A DNA stretch of 64,000 nt from Desulfosudaceae bacterium (GTDB lineage: Bacteria > Desulfobacterota > Desulfobacteria > Desulfobacterales > Desulfosudaceae), in contig CAXXDV010000001.1 of NCBI GenBank assembly GCA_963674745.2, positions 992,001 to 1,056,000 on the forward strand, written 5' to 3'. The position numbers and the translations under genes were made by a program. Every line of letters begins with the position of its first letter. The stretch's first letter is position 1. Positions 1-10,070 of the stretch are shown piece after piece. The notes below the pieces were generated by a model that worked only from the letters and a program-made list of their open reading frames with translations, did not search any database and was not told the origin of the DNA.

Positions 1-273
1 TTTATCGGAAAACAGATCCCGGGCCGGCACATCCATTCTGAAGACAACGGCCCGGTTAAACTTTTGCAGCCAACCGCGCATCCCGTCCGGCCCTGCCACA
101 TGGGGCGGGCAATTTACCGACAGCCCGAAATTGGGGCAACCGGATCCCCGGCATTTGTCGGCCAGGCCGGCATCTATAACGATATCCCGGGTTGACAGGA
201 CAACGGCCCGGACGGCGCCTGATGCAAGCGCGTATTCGATGATGGCATCCAGATTTTGATCCGGGCGCGGCAT
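1..273 (-). CDS. DUF2284-like predicted metal-binding protein (5' part; continues beyond window start)
   Basis: Translated by hand from ATG at 273: MPRPDQNLDAIIEYALASGA...DKCRGSGCPNFGLSVNCPPHVAGP..., open to base 1. The C-x4-C-x2-(F/Y)G-x4-CPP pattern is typical of DUF2284. Confidence 0.75.
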   Translation of the reverse strand, partial: MPRPDQNLDAIIEYALASGAVRAVVLSTRDIVIDAGLADKCRGSGCPNFGLSVNCPPHVAGPDGMRGWLQKFNRAVVFRMDVPARDLFSDK

Positions 274-317
274 CTGCCCTTTTTATCCTTTTTTATTCCA
301 GCTGTCATAAAGTTGAT

Positions 318-3300
318 TCATGTCGACTGCTCGAGCACCTGGCGTACTTTTACCGCAATTTCCGTTAAAGAAAAAGGTTTCTGAATAAAATTGATGCCCT
401 CTTCTAAAACACCCCGGTGAACAATGACATCAGCCGGGTAGCCGGACATGAAAAGATATTTGATGTCCGGGCGGACTTCTTGAACACGGGCCGCCAGATC
501 CCGGCCGTTCATTTCCGGCATGATAACATCCGTAATCATCAGATCCAGGGTTGAACCGTGGGCCGCAACCAGATCGATCGCCTCACCGGGTGTGGCTGCG
601 GAAATAACATTGTATCCCAATCGATGGAGCATGGTGATGCCCATTTGCCGAAACATGGGATCATCTTCCACCACCAGAATCGTTTCCCCCAGGCTGACCG
701 GCACCTCGTCAACCGCTTCGGCCAAGGCAGGTTCGCCTTCGGCTGCATGACACGGAAAGTAAATCCGGAAAGTGGTTCCTTTCCCAGGTTCGCTGTAAAC
801 ATTGATAAATCCGTCATTCTGTTTGACGATACCATAAACCGTAGCCAGCCCCAGGCCGGTGCCTTTACCCTGCTGTTTGGTTGTAAAAAAAGGATCAAAA
901 ATACGGTCGATGGTCTCCCGGTCCATGCCCGTACCGTCATCGCTCACGGCCAGCATCATGTAGTGACCGGGAATAAAGCCGGAATGATTTTCGCAGTATG
1001 TTTTGTCAAAAGAGGCGGCCGCTGTTTCAATCGTAATTTCGCCCACATCCGCGATGGCATCCCTGGCATTGACGCACAGATTGGTCAACACCTGACTCAG
1101 CTGGGCCGGGTCCAGCTTTACAGAACATGGACCGTTCATGGGCTGCCAGGACAGCTGGATGTTTTCGCCCAGAAGCCGGCGAAGAATCTTGAGCATGGCC
1201 GTCACCGACTCATTGAGATCCAGCACCGTGGGGGCGATCGTCTGTTTGCGGGCGAAAGCCAGAAGCTGGCTGGTAAGTTCGATGGAATGACGGGCGGCTT
1301 CGCTGATGTTTTCGAGATACTGACGCTCCGGGCTGTCGTTATCCATGACCTGCAGGGCCAGTTCGGTGAAACCGATGATAGCCCCGAGCATGTTGTTAAA
1401 GTCGTGGGCCACACCGCCGGCCAGGACCCCCACCGCTTCCAGTTTTTGAGACTGAAGCAACTGTTCCTGCAGTTTTTCCCGCTCCTCTTCAGCCGACTTG
1501 CGGGCGGTAATATCAAAAAAGCTGGCTACGATAAAATCCCTTATCCGGCTGGTCGTAATGATGGTCGTCAGTTCCCGGCCGTCTTTGCAGGTTACTTTTA
1601 CTTCACCCAGGTTGACAGGCGCGCTGCTGGTTGAAATCCGGTCAAAAACCGCGTTCCAGTCGGCGATCATGCGGCGCCGGTGGTCCGGATCGGGATGCGC
1701 CCGGCGCCACCAGTCTTCCAGGGTGGGCACATCATCAAACGCGTACCCCAGGACCTTGGTAAACCGATCATTAACATCCAGAACCCTGCTATCCACGGAC
1801 AGCGTGGCCATGGGGATGGGGGCCATGTTAAAAAGGTCGCGAAAACGGACCTCGCTTTCTTTGAGTGCTCTCTGGGCTTTTTTCCGTTCGGTTACGTCCA
1901 GGGTGATGGAAAGGACCTGCTTTTCCCCGTCAATCCCCATCAACACCGATGAATAAACGATATCCCGTAACGAACCATCGGCTGCTTTAACCTGCGCCTC
2001 ACGGTTTTTGACAACCCCTTTTGTAATCAGGGTGTTTAATACTTCTTTTGCTTCTTCTTCCGACTCGGACGTAAAATCCTGCGTTTTCAAATTGACCAGC
2101 TGATCGCTGCTGATCTTCCGGCTTTCCAGAAACGCCCGATTGGCTGCCAGGTATTGGCCGTCTTCCAGGCTTGTAATGGCAATGGCATAAGGCGCGTTCT
2201 CAAAAATTGCCCGGAACCAGGACTCGCTTCGGGTAAGGCGTTCCTGATTCTGCTTCATGTTCTGGATGTTAATGTCCAGGCCGATGACACGGGATACCAT
2301 TCGCTTCTTATTCCATTCCACGGCCTGCCCTTTTGAGAGGACCCAGCACCAGCTGCCATCGGCTTTGAGAAGGCGGAACTCGACTTCAAACTGCCCCCGG
2401 CCACCGGCCGTGATATACCCCCTGAGCGCGTCTTCCAGGACGGATTGATCCCCGGTATGAACGAATGTTTTGAATTCATCCAGCGTTAAATTCCGGGCTT
2501 CGGCCGAATAACCCAGCATGGCATACCATTGGCTGCTCAAATAAGTTGTCCCCTGTATCGGGTAATATTCCCAGACGCCGGCATTAAGCGCCTCGGTCGC
2601 CAGCCGCAGCCGATCGGCCTGATCGACAATCTGCTGCTGCGCTTTCTTCAGGTTATCAATCTTTTCATCGAGCCGGCGCTTGAGAAGATAACTGATGATG
2701 ACCAGCCCGATTAAAAGCACCCCTACCATTCCGGAGCCCACCTTGATAGCCGTCCACGTTTCCGGGCTCAGCCAGGGGTTTACTTCGAGGGAAATCCATT
2801 TTTGATGTATGCTTTCCAGATCGTTTTCGGGGATGACGTCAACCGCTTTCTGGACAGCGCTGTAAAGCAGGGGATATTTGCGACTGATACCAATTGACCA
2901 TTCAAAGACGTAATCCGTGGTACCGGCTACGCACAGGTTGGAAACACCTTCCTGGCCGATAAAATAAGAGGCGACAGCCAGATTTTCCAAAAAGGCGTCC
3001 ACGTGCCGCAGCGAAACACTGTGCAGCCCTTCCGGAACATTTTCAACCGTCAACAATTCAAACCGGCCCCGGGACTTTTTTCTGGTGTAAGCTTCGGTTG
3101 CAAACCCGGAAACCACCGCCACTTTTTTACCGGCCAGATCGTCCAGCGTCATTTCATGGGATTCACCTCTACCGGTAATAATCACCACCGGTGCCGAGGC
3201 GTAAGGGGTGGTGAAAAAGGCAAATGCTTCCCTTTCCGGAGTGGCCACAATGGTCGGCGCGATGGCGCATTCGCCACTGGCCAGTGCCGCCAGATGCCGG

Positions 3301-3626
3301 TTCCAGTCCGGGCAGGGCTGCTTGATAAACGTGACACCCAGCAAATCCTCAACCCGGGCGATCACATCAGCACCCATCCCTGCAAATTCACCGGTTCCGG
3401 ATGAAAATTCAATGGGTGGAAATTCTGTATTGAAATAAAGGACCAGCTTATCCGGATTCTGCGTCAGCCAGGCCGCCTCCTCGGTCGTCAAATCAGGTAA
3501 GAGCGGTTTTTGGGCCAGTGTAATAAAGGACGAAAGAGAAAAACAGACGACCAGACTTAACAGAAAAATAATGGTTCTTTTTACAGTGCCGGGGAATTGT
3601 CGGGTATGCGTCAGGATCTGTTCCAT
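318..3626 (-). CDS. Hybrid sensor histidine kinase/response regulator (periplasmic SBP sensor, TM, 3 PAS, HisKA, HATPase, receiver)
   Basis: SBP family-3-like N-terminus, PAS repeats, H-box [12 protein letters not shown]-boxes DDGTGM and GTGLGL, C-terminal receiver (VVEDD...DVIMP...KP). Confidence 0.95.
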   Translation of the reverse strand: MEQILTHTRQFPGTVKRTIIFLLSLVVCFSLSSFITLAQKPLLPDLTTEEAAWLTQNPDKLVLYFNTEFPPIEFSSGTGEFAGMGADVIARVEDLLGVTFIKQPCPDWNRHLAALASGECAIAPTIVATPEREAFAFFTTPYASAPVVIITGRGESHEMTLDDLAGKKVAVVSGFATEAYTRKKSRGRFELLTVENVPEGLHSVSLRHVDAFLENLAVASYFIGQEGVSNLCVAGTTDYVFEWSIGISRKYPLLYSAVQKAVDVIPENDLESIHQKWISLEVNPWLSPETWTAIKVGSGMVGVLLIGLVIISYLLKRRLDEKIDNLKKAQQQIVDQADRLRLATEALNAGVWEYYPIQGTTYLSSQWYAMLGYSAEARNLTLDEFKTFVHTGDQSVLEDALRGYITAGGRGQFEVEFRLLKADGSWCWVLSKGQAVEWNKKRMVSRVIGLDINIQNMKQNQERLTRSESWFRAIFENAPYAIAITSLEDGQYLAANRAFLESRKISSDQLVNLKTQDFTSESEEEAKEVLNTLITKGVVKNREAQVKAADGSLRDIVYSSVLMGIDGEKQVLSITLDVTERKKAQRALKESEVRFRDLFNMAPIPMATLSVDSRVLDVNDRFTKVLGYAFDDVPTLEDWWRRAHPDPDHRRRMIADWNAVFDRISTSSAPVNLGEVKVTCKDGRELTTIITTSRIRDFIVASFFDITARKSAEEEREKLQEQLLQSQKLEAVGVLAGGVAHDFNNMLGAIIGFTELALQVMDNDSPERQYLENISEAARHSIELTSQLLAFARKQTIAPTVLDLNESVTAMLKILRRLLGENIQLSWQPMNGPCSVKLDPAQLSQVLTNLCVNARDAIADVGEITIETAAASFDKTYCENHSGFIPGHYMMLAVSDDGTGMDRETIDRIFDPFFTTKQQGKGTGLGLATVYGIVKQNDGFINVYSEPGKGTTFRIYFPCHAAEGEPALAEAVDEVPVSLGETILVVEDDPMFRQMGITMLHRLGYNVISAATPGEAIDLVAAHGSTLDLMITDVIMPEMNGRDLAARVQEVRPDIKYLFMSGYPADVIVHRGVLEEGINFIQKPFSLTEIAVKVRQVLEQST

Positions 3627-3915
3627 TAAAATCCTTCCCGGTGGTAACTGGCCTGCAACGGATTATTCGGCGGGCAAAAGGCTGCGACCCGTTAATTTAT
3701 GCTGATCGTTTTTTAGAAAAAAGACGGCTTGGGCTTTTGAATCGTGGCGCAGCTTACCCAACCATTTAATTAACGAAAAACATTTAAAATTATTACAAAG
3801 ACACCCATTGCTGTCAATTGTTTTCTAGCCCGGCAAAGCGCTTTGGCAAACACCGTTTTGGGTCGATCAAGACGTGTTTTCGGATGTTTTCAACAAACGG
3901 ATTCAGCGTCATGTT

Positions 3916-4332
3916 TCATCCTTGCTTGTTTTCGTCCCCGAAAACAAAGTGAAATGGGATCGCGATCAGATCTCCGATGATGTAGCTGACCATGATGACA
4001 ATAACAAGCCCGGCATAATCGGGCAGTTTTCCGCTGACAACCAACGGCAGGATGACACCGATAACCCAGACGGTTTTATAAACAAACTGCATGCACAGCA
4101 CCGGCAAAAATTTCAGCGGGGCGCGCAGCCCGAATATCGACATGATACCGAAAGCGAACCAGATGCTGGCCGCAATGCCGAAAAAAATCGGATCCTGCTC
4201 TCCCATGCCGAACAGCCGTTGCGAAAGTCCCGGGGCGACAATCATTCCCGCACCGGAAAGGCCGGCCCCCAGAATTGTATAAATGTACATTCCTTTGATC
4301 CAGCCCATGCGGATCTTCTTTTCCTGAGCCAT
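3916..4332 (-). CDS. Hypothetical 4-TM membrane protein
   Basis: 138 aa with four hydrophobic segments; GGAGG RBS upstream. Confidence 0.75.
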   Translation of the reverse strand: MAQEKKIRMGWIKGMYIYTILGAGLSGAGMIVAPGLSQRLFGMGEQDPIFFGIAASIWFAFGIMSIFGLRAPLKFLPVLCMQFVYKTVWVIGVILPLVVSGKLPDYAGLVIVIMVSYIIGDLIAIPFHFVFGDENKQG

Positions 4333-4452
4333 CGTGCCTCCTTCATGTTTCCAATTGTTTTGGCCCTTATGATAACATCCGTCATTCCTTTTGAAAAACA
4401 GTCAGCGCTTCTGTAACCGCAGCCGCAACCCGCATAAAGGGTTTGCCTGATA

Positions 4453-5316
4453 TTACAATTCAGGCCGAAAGCCCTGAAAATAATCCTCAACAAGGTCCCT
4501 GGACGGAGCGACCGGTTTAACTTCGAGTACCTTTTCCGGGCAGACGGATACACATATCCCGCAGCCCAGGCATTGATCTGAAATCCTGACACCACCGTCT
4601 GCCACCTGGATGGCATCAATCGGACAGGTCGAAAGGCATTGACCGCAACCGCTGCACTGTCCGACAACCCGGGCCTGCCACCCCATGGACCGAAATCTCT
4701 GTTGGACATCGGGGGTCACTTTCCGTAAGTTCTGCAACGCAATACAGCAACAAGGGCAGCAAAAACAGATTTCCAGCCACTGATGGTGGTGTTCCTTTTT
4801 GATGCCCCAGATATAATTTTCCGCCTCGATCCACATGCCCATGCCCACCAGACCGGAACCGACCGCTTTTTCCAGATGCGCCAGGGCTTCTTCAACGCTC
4901 GCCTCCCGGGCCAGGCCGTTTTTTACCGTGGCAACGGCCCCGGCGCCGAGAAAAATACAGCCCAGGCTTTTATCATACGTTCGGCACTGGCGCCCTGTCC
5001 GGCACAGGCACTGGTCCATGATGGCGCGATAGCCCGAACACCTGATCGATTGCCGGATCACATCAATAGGCAGGACCACGTTTCCCATGGCCTTGTTATC
5101 GCTGAGAGAATGGTTCAGATCAAAACTATAGGCCTGGGTGAGGTTGCCGGGACGACCGTCCATCAACACGATCTTCTTCAGCACACCGCCGATCAAAGGC
5201 GTTTTTACAAAGTCAGCCGCAAGGCCCATAACCGCTGTAAAGCCCCTGGGGTACCAACCCCAGTTTGACCTGCTGGCGGCAAACCACTCTCGAAAAGGTT
5301 TATTAAATAAATTCAT
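4453..5316 (-). CDS. 4Fe-4S dicluster domain protein
   Basis: CLCR..C, ICFCCPCCC motif and two CxxCxxCxxxCP ferredoxin motifs. Confidence 0.85.
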   Translation of the reverse strand: MNLFNKPFREWFAASRSNWGWYPRGFTAVMGLAADFVKTPLIGGVLKKIVLMDGRPGNLTQAYSFDLNHSLSDNKAMGNVVLPIDVIRQSIRCSGYRAIMDQCLCRTGRQCRTYDKSLGCIFLGAGAVATVKNGLAREASVEEALAHLEKAVGSGLVGMGMWIEAENYIWGIKKEHHHQWLEICFCCPCCCIALQNLRKVTPDVQQRFRSMGWQARVVGQCSGCGQCLSTCPIDAIQVADGGVRISDQCLGCGICVSVCPEKVLEVKPVAPSRDLVEDYFQGFRPEL

Positions 5317-5541
5317 AATGATGTCCGTTCAGATCAATTATCCGGAATTAAAACAGCTCAATCAATCATATGGTTTTTAGACCGATCAGTCAACACTATA
5401 CATGAAAGGGGTTTTTATTGCCGATGATTGACAAAAAAAACTGTTTTGGTTATATTTTAAATTTGAGGTCTTTTTCATCCCTGTCAGACGTTCATTGCCC
5501 TGACAGTGTGTTCTTCCACAGTAGCGACAAGGAACCACTAT

Positions 5542-5922
5542 ATGCCCCCTGGCAAAACAGTAGACAAAGAAAGGCTGAACCAGCTTCTGGGCGATGTCCG
5601 TCGCCGACGCATGCAATCGGAAAAAGGGTATCGTGAACGGGCCTTGAAACTGTTTCCGCACATCTGTGCTCATTGCGGGCGGGAATTTTCAGGCCAGCGG
5701 CTGAAAGAGCTTACCGTTCACCACAAAGACCACAATCATGACAACAACCCGCCTGACGGCAGCAACTGGGAACTGCTCTGCCTTTATTGCCACGAAAATC
5801 AGCACGCCCGCCAGGCGGTCGCCGACGCCTACGACACGTCGACCGACAACCAGAAAGAAAAATCAACGTTAACGCATCAACCCTTTGCCGGGTTGAGCGC
5901 GTTGCTGCAAAAAAAAGAGTGA
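5542..5922 (+). CDS. yajD: YajD-family HNH nuclease
   Basis: GYRERALKLFPHICAHCGREF...LTVHHKDHNHDNNPPDGSNWELLCLYCHENQH; probable ATG at 5542. Confidence 0.85.
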   Translation: MPPGKTVDKERLNQLLGDVRRRRMQSEKGYRERALKLFPHICAHCGREFSGQRLKELTVHHKDHNHDNNPPDGSNWELLCLYCHENQHARQAVADAYDTSTDNQKEKSTLTHQPFAGLSALLQKKE

Positions 5923-5959
5923 TTGCATTATAACGAAAGAACAATAAAAAGGAAAAAAA

Positions 5960-6301
5960 ATGAATCTCAAGGCCAAGCCCCACTTAGAGGAACAAAAGAA
6001 AACCACCCAGGAAAAGCTGGCGGCACGTATTGCAATGCTTAAAGAAAAAGGGGTCGATCCCCAAAAGGTGGTAAAAGACGCTTATATCCGTAAACTGCGC
6101 GCCGATATCCGCAAATCAGACGTTCGACTGAGCAGCATCGCCGACCTGGAAAAACTTAATGATCGGAAAATTCAGGAAAAACAGGAAAAAGCCGAAGCCA
6201 AAAAGCAGGCCCGGGAAGCCGGCAAAGCCAAGCCCGCCAAGGAGAAAGCCGCCAAACCGGCAAAGAAGGAAAAGAAGGAGAAGAAACCGAAGAAAGGCTA
6301 A
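5960..6301 (+). CDS. Hypothetical Lys-rich coiled-coil protein
   Basis: 113 aa, AAGGA RBS, highly basic K/E/A-rich C-terminus. Confidence 0.7.
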   Translation: MNLKAKPHLEEQKKTTQEKLAARIAMLKEKGVDPQKVVKDAYIRKLRADIRKSDVRLSSIADLEKLNDRKIQEKQEKAEAKKQAREAGKAKPAKEKAAKPAKKEKKEKKPKKG

Positions 6302-6328
6302 CGATCAGTAATATAATGGAGGTAAGGC

Positions 6329-7414
6329 ATGAGTGAAGACGTTTACCGTAAACTGCAACAGGCCCTGGACACCCTTCCCAACGGCTTTCCGGCCACAGAA
6401 GAGGGAACGGAAATCAGGTTGCTGGAAAAAATTTTCGAGCCGGACGAAGCCGAACTGTTCTGTGATCTACGGCTGACGTTTGAGACACCGGAAGAAATTT
6501 CAAAGCGGACCGGACGCCCCCTGGAAGGACTTGAAGACAAGCTGACCGAAATGTGGAGAAAAGGCCAGCTTTTTGGTGTCGATTTCGGTGCCACGAAAGT
6601 GTTTAAAATAATGCCCTGGGCCTTCGGTATTTATGAATTCCAGTTAAACCGCATGGATCGGGAGTTCTGTGAACTGTGTGAGGATTACATGCTGGCCTTC
6701 GGGGAGCAGTTTTTCAAAAGCCAGCCGCAGCTCATGCAGGTCGTGCCGGTGGAAAAGGAAATCCAGGCCAGCCATGAAGCCATACCTTCCCAGCAGGTCT
6801 CCAACATCATCGAAAAGGGCCTGTCCTTTGCCGTGGCCGACTGTATCTGCAAAAAAGAAAAACACATGCTCGACAAGGGCTGCGATAAGCCCCTTGAGGT
6901 CTGCATGGGAATTGCTCCGGTGCCCGGTGTTTTTGACAATTATCACTGGGGCCGCCCCATTTCAAAGGAAGAAGCCTACCAGGTCCTGGAAAAGGCCGAA
7001 GAGGCCGGCCTGGTGCATATGACATGGAACATGCAGGACGGTAATTTTTTCATCTGCAACTGCTGCGGCTGCTGCTGCGGCATCCTGCGCGGGATAAACG
7101 AACTGGGCGTGGACTCCTCGCTGGTGGTCAATTCCCATTTTTACGCCGAGATCGATCCGGATGAATGCGTGGCCTGTGGTGTGTGTGCCGACGAACGTTG
7201 CCAGGTCAATGCCATTGAAGAAGTCGATGATGCCTACCGGGTGGTGCCGGAAAAATGCATCGGCTGCGGACTCTGTATCTCAACCTGCCCGTCCGAGGCG
7301 ATTAAACTGGTCAAGCGACCGGCGGACCAGTGCCTGACGCCGCCGGTCAATGAAAACGCCTGGTATGACGAACGGGGTGAACGGCGGGGTGTGGATTTCA
7401 GCCAGTACAGATAA
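6329..7414 (+). CDS. 4Fe-4S binding protein (N-terminal wHTH-like region, Cys-rich core, ferredoxin dicluster)
   Basis: GGAGG RBS; CICK, ICNCCGCCCG, CVACGVC and CIGCGLCISTCP motifs. Confidence 0.9.
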   Translation: MSEDVYRKLQQALDTLPNGFPATEEGTEIRLLEKIFEPDEAELFCDLRLTFETPEEISKRTGRPLEGLEDKLTEMWRKGQLFGVDFGATKVFKIMPWAFGIYEFQLNRMDREFCELCEDYMLAFGEQFFKSQPQLMQVVPVEKEIQASHEAIPSQQVSNIIEKGLSFAVADCICKKEKHMLDKGCDKPLEVCMGIAPVPGVFDNYHWGRPISKEEAYQVLEKAEEAGLVHMTWNMQDGNFFICNCCGCCCGILRGINELGVDSSLVVNSHFYAEIDPDECVACGVCADERCQVNAIEEVDDAYRVVPEKCIGCGLCISTCPSEAIKLVKRPADQCLTPPVNENAWYDERGERRGVDFSQYR

Positions 7415-7482
7415 CGCCCTGATGATCGGGTTTTCCAACCAGCCCGGATGTTTGAAGTCCTAAGCGCGGGGCCAGAATTCAC

Positions 7483-7541
7483 GTAGGGGCACCCCCCTGT
7501 GGGTGCCCTTCATCAGGGCAGGCACGGGGGCCGGCCCCTAC
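7483..7541. repeat. REP-like palindromic element (GTAGGGGC...GCCCCTAC)
   Basis: Near-identical copy at 56919-56977; GTAG foot, internal hairpins; lies between convergent genes. Confidence 0.8.
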
Positions 7542-7588
7542 AATTCATAAAAAATGCCAACCTCGGCGACTTGGCCACATTGATCTTT

Positions 7589-8476
7589 TTAAGAAGCCCC
7601 CAAAAGTGTCCGGCTGAAAAAATCGGCCTGCAGGGCAGACAGCTTCTCAAACAGATCACCGACATAAACCTCAAAGTGGCCCACCGGCAAGACTTCCAGC
7701 TGAACGGATTTAATCCCGGCCGCGCATTTGCGAACCGCTTTTTCCGGAATAAGGGAGTCTTTTTCGGCACATATCATCAGCACCGGACAGTTGACGCGCG
7801 AGGCAAATTTTACCGGCCGGTAACTGGCCAGGGTCAGGGCGATCCTGGCCGGTGCCTTGTTTTCCCAGGTGGTATCCTGCGGCACCAGGGCCATAAAACC
7901 ATCCCTGGCGTCGGGTGTGTTCATCAGGCCGAAACGGTCGGGTTCGGAGATCACCGGCACATAATGCGCCTTGCCGACCAGTGACGCGAAAAAATCCATC
8001 AGCCCGTGACCGATACCGATAAGATTAAACAGGGGCGGCAGGCTCAGGGCCGTGGAGAGGCCGTCCACAAACGGCACCTGGGAAACCACCGCCGCGACCT
8101 GTCCGTCTCCGGCAGCGGCTGCCAGCACATGCCCGCCGGAAAAAGAAGTGCCCCAGAGGCCGATGCGGTTACCGTCCACCTGATCCAGCCTGCGAGCGAA
8201 TTCGATGGCCGCCAGCCAGTCTTCGACATGACGTTTGGGGGCGACCAGGTTTCTGGGCTCTCCGTCACTTTGGCCGAAATTACGGTAATCAAAGGTCATC
8301 ACCGCCAGCCCGCGTTCGACAAATTTTTCCGCGTAAGCCGGCAGGCGAAAATCCTGCTGAGCGCCGAATCCATGGGCCATAACCGCCACCGGCGGTTTTG
8401 CCGTTTCATCCGGCAAAAAAATCCTGGCCCCGCATCTGACGCCGCTGCTCTTAAAGTCTGTTTCCCGGACGATCAT
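7589..8476 (-). CDS. Alpha/beta hydrolase (S9/S15/Xaa-Pro-dipeptidyl-peptidase-like)
   Basis: AHGFG, FDYRNFGQSDGEPR, nucleophile GTSFSGG, Asp (EKD) and His (GHF); ATG at 8476 with GAAGGAG RBS. Confidence 0.85.
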   Translation of the reverse strand: MIVRETDFKSSGVRCGARIFLPDETAKPPVAVMAHGFGAQQDFRLPAYAEKFVERGLAVMTFDYRNFGQSDGEPRNLVAPKRHVEDWLAAIEFARRLDQVDGNRIGLWGTSFSGGHVLAAAAGDGQVAAVVSQVPFVDGLSTALSLPPLFNLIGIGHGLMDFFASLVGKAHYVPVISEPDRFGLMNTPDARDGFMALVPQDTTWENKAPARIALTLASYRPVKFASRVNCPVLMICAEKDSLIPEKAVRKCAAGIKSVQLEVLPVGHFEVYVGDLFEKLSALQADFFSRTLLGAS

Positions 8477-8528
8477 GTTTTCTCCTTCGCGCCTCATCCG
8501 GAGAGTGCCCCTGAAATGTTGTACGCCA

Positions 8529-9710
8529 CTAGGCCGCCCGGTAATCCCGGGAAGAATCGGGAACATCAAAATCCAGGGCATCAAAGACCGGTTTGTAAAT
8601 GGTCATCATTTCGCTCATGTCTATCCCGAACTGCTCCAGTGAGTAGCTGTGCCGGCTGACATAGCCGCGCGATCGCATGGATTCTTCTTTCAGTTTCAGC
8701 TCAAACTCAGGATTCAAAGGGAGATGGAAAGTGGCATAAATATGCCGTATGTGGGCTTCCAGGTCTTTGATCAGGTCATCATACCGTGAGGTAAAAAACT
8801 TGTCCGGTTTAAAGTCAGGCCTCTGTTCAATGGGATACATGTAACCGTTATAAATAAACGCCATAAGTTCCTGCTTATGCTCAAAAACATTCTTGAGTTT
8901 CATACCGAAGATCCCGAAAAAGAGCGCCTGCAGGCTGAAATCGGAAGGGACCAGCTCCATGGGCGTCCGCACCGGATTAATCACCCTCACGTCCGGACAC
9001 ATCTGCTGGATCGACTTGATTTTAAATGAACAGGCGGGGTTTTTTGACAGAAAGATCTTGTCCGGCCCATGAAAATAAAGGTGCCGCTGGATACAGCGTT
9101 TGTAGAAAGCCATGATAAACCGTTTTTCTTTTTTCGACATCAGGTGGTCGAAATAAAAAAGCTTTCTGACATGCTCGAAATATGGAAACATGAAAGAGAT
9201 AAAAAACGTGCTGAAGGTATTGAGCAGCAGCAGATCGTCCTCTTCGTTTTCAAACAGGCTTACCCGGCGAATATCATATGTCGATTTAAACAGCAGCCAG
9301 TCCATGGCCCGGACAATCTTGTACAACAGGCCGAACAACAAAAGGGCATCCAGCCGGTTGATCAGCATCAACAGCTTTCGTTGCACCACCGACGGCGCGA
9401 ACACCAGTTCCCACAGCAAAAAGCTGGTGAACTGACTGTCTTTGGACATGGTCCGGTGAAGATGAGTGGCACCGCTTCTGGGAACACCGAATATAAATAC
9501 CGGTGCCTTGATTTTCACTTTTCGAAACCCGGGATAAAAAACATGATCCAGCGCCAGGCAGATCCAATTGATGGCGATATTCACCAGAATCAACGGCACC
9601 ATCACCGCCAGGCAGAAAATCCGGTATGGACTCAAAGGTGTTCCGTACTTTCGGCCATTGAAGATGGCAATAAGATACAATTTTGCCACAAGCAAAAAAT
9701 TAAAAAACAT
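8529..9710 (-). CDS. Sulfotransferase family protein
   Basis: PVFIFGVPRSGAT 5'-PSB loop, LSKNP, RTP..S, RYDDL and H.YSLEQFG C-terminal motif; probable ATG at 9710. Confidence 0.85.
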   Translation of the reverse strand: MFFNFLLVAKLYLIAIFNGRKYGTPLSPYRIFCLAVMVPLILVNIAINWICLALDHVFYPGFRKVKIKAPVFIFGVPRSGATHLHRTMSKDSQFTSFLLWELVFAPSVVQRKLLMLINRLDALLLFGLLYKIVRAMDWLLFKSTYDIRRVSLFENEEDDLLLLNTFSTFFISFMFPYFEHVRKLFYFDHLMSKKEKRFIMAFYKRCIQRHLYFHGPDKIFLSKNPACSFKIKSIQQMCPDVRVINPVRTPMELVPSDFSLQALFFGIFGMKLKNVFEHKQELMAFIYNGYMYPIEQRPDFKPDKFFTSRYDDLIKDLEAHIRHIYATFHLPLNPEFELKLKEESMRSRGYVSRHSYSLEQFGIDMSEMMTIYKPVFDALDFDVPDSSRDYRAA

Positions 9711-9762
9711 ATTCCCCCCCACAGAGAATCTAGACAACCGTAGAAAAATTTCCCGTACAACT

Positions 9763-9803
9763 AAAAAAGCCGGGATACCCCTGTTACATCAGGGCATCCC
9801 GGC
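9763..9803 (-). terminator. Intrinsic terminator forming the riboswitch expression platform
   Basis: Minus strand GCCGGGAUGCCCUG-AUGUAA-CAGGGGUAUCCCGGC-UUUUUU; overlaps the 3' arms of the aptamer. Confidence 0.8.
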
Positions 9804-9865
9804 TGTCTTTTAAAAAGATCCTGGGCTTTCCGCTCCCGGATGTCCGGGATTAGCTTTTTCCTGAT
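9788..9865 (-). ncRNA. Cyclic di-GMP-I (GEMM-I) riboswitch aptamer
   Basis: Minus strand AUCAGG-AAAAA-GCUAAUCCCGGACAUCCGGGAGCGGAAAGCCCAGGAUCUUUUUAAAAGACAGCCGGGAUGC-CCUGAU. P1 is AUCAGG/CCUGAU; the GCGGAAAGCC junction and AGACAGCCGGGAUGCC resemble deltaproteobacterial GEMM-I RNAs. Confidence 0.8.
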
Positions 9866-10070
9866 CTTAACCACTAATTAAGAACAACATTCACTAACCG
9901 AACGGTATGTTATTGCCTCCTTGCTGTCAACAAAAAAATTCAGGTAATATGTTGTTTTATTGGTCTAAACAAAAGCCACCGGATACTTTCACTTCTTATC
10001 AGCCGATATATCAGCCCCATATTCGACCAGTCGTTCGACTAAGGTCCCGGTATGTAATTCAAACAGATGG

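Noticed and set aside
3630..3810. Possible structured leader upstream of the hybrid kinase
   Set aside because: I could not match it to any riboswitch consensus or build a convincing fold.
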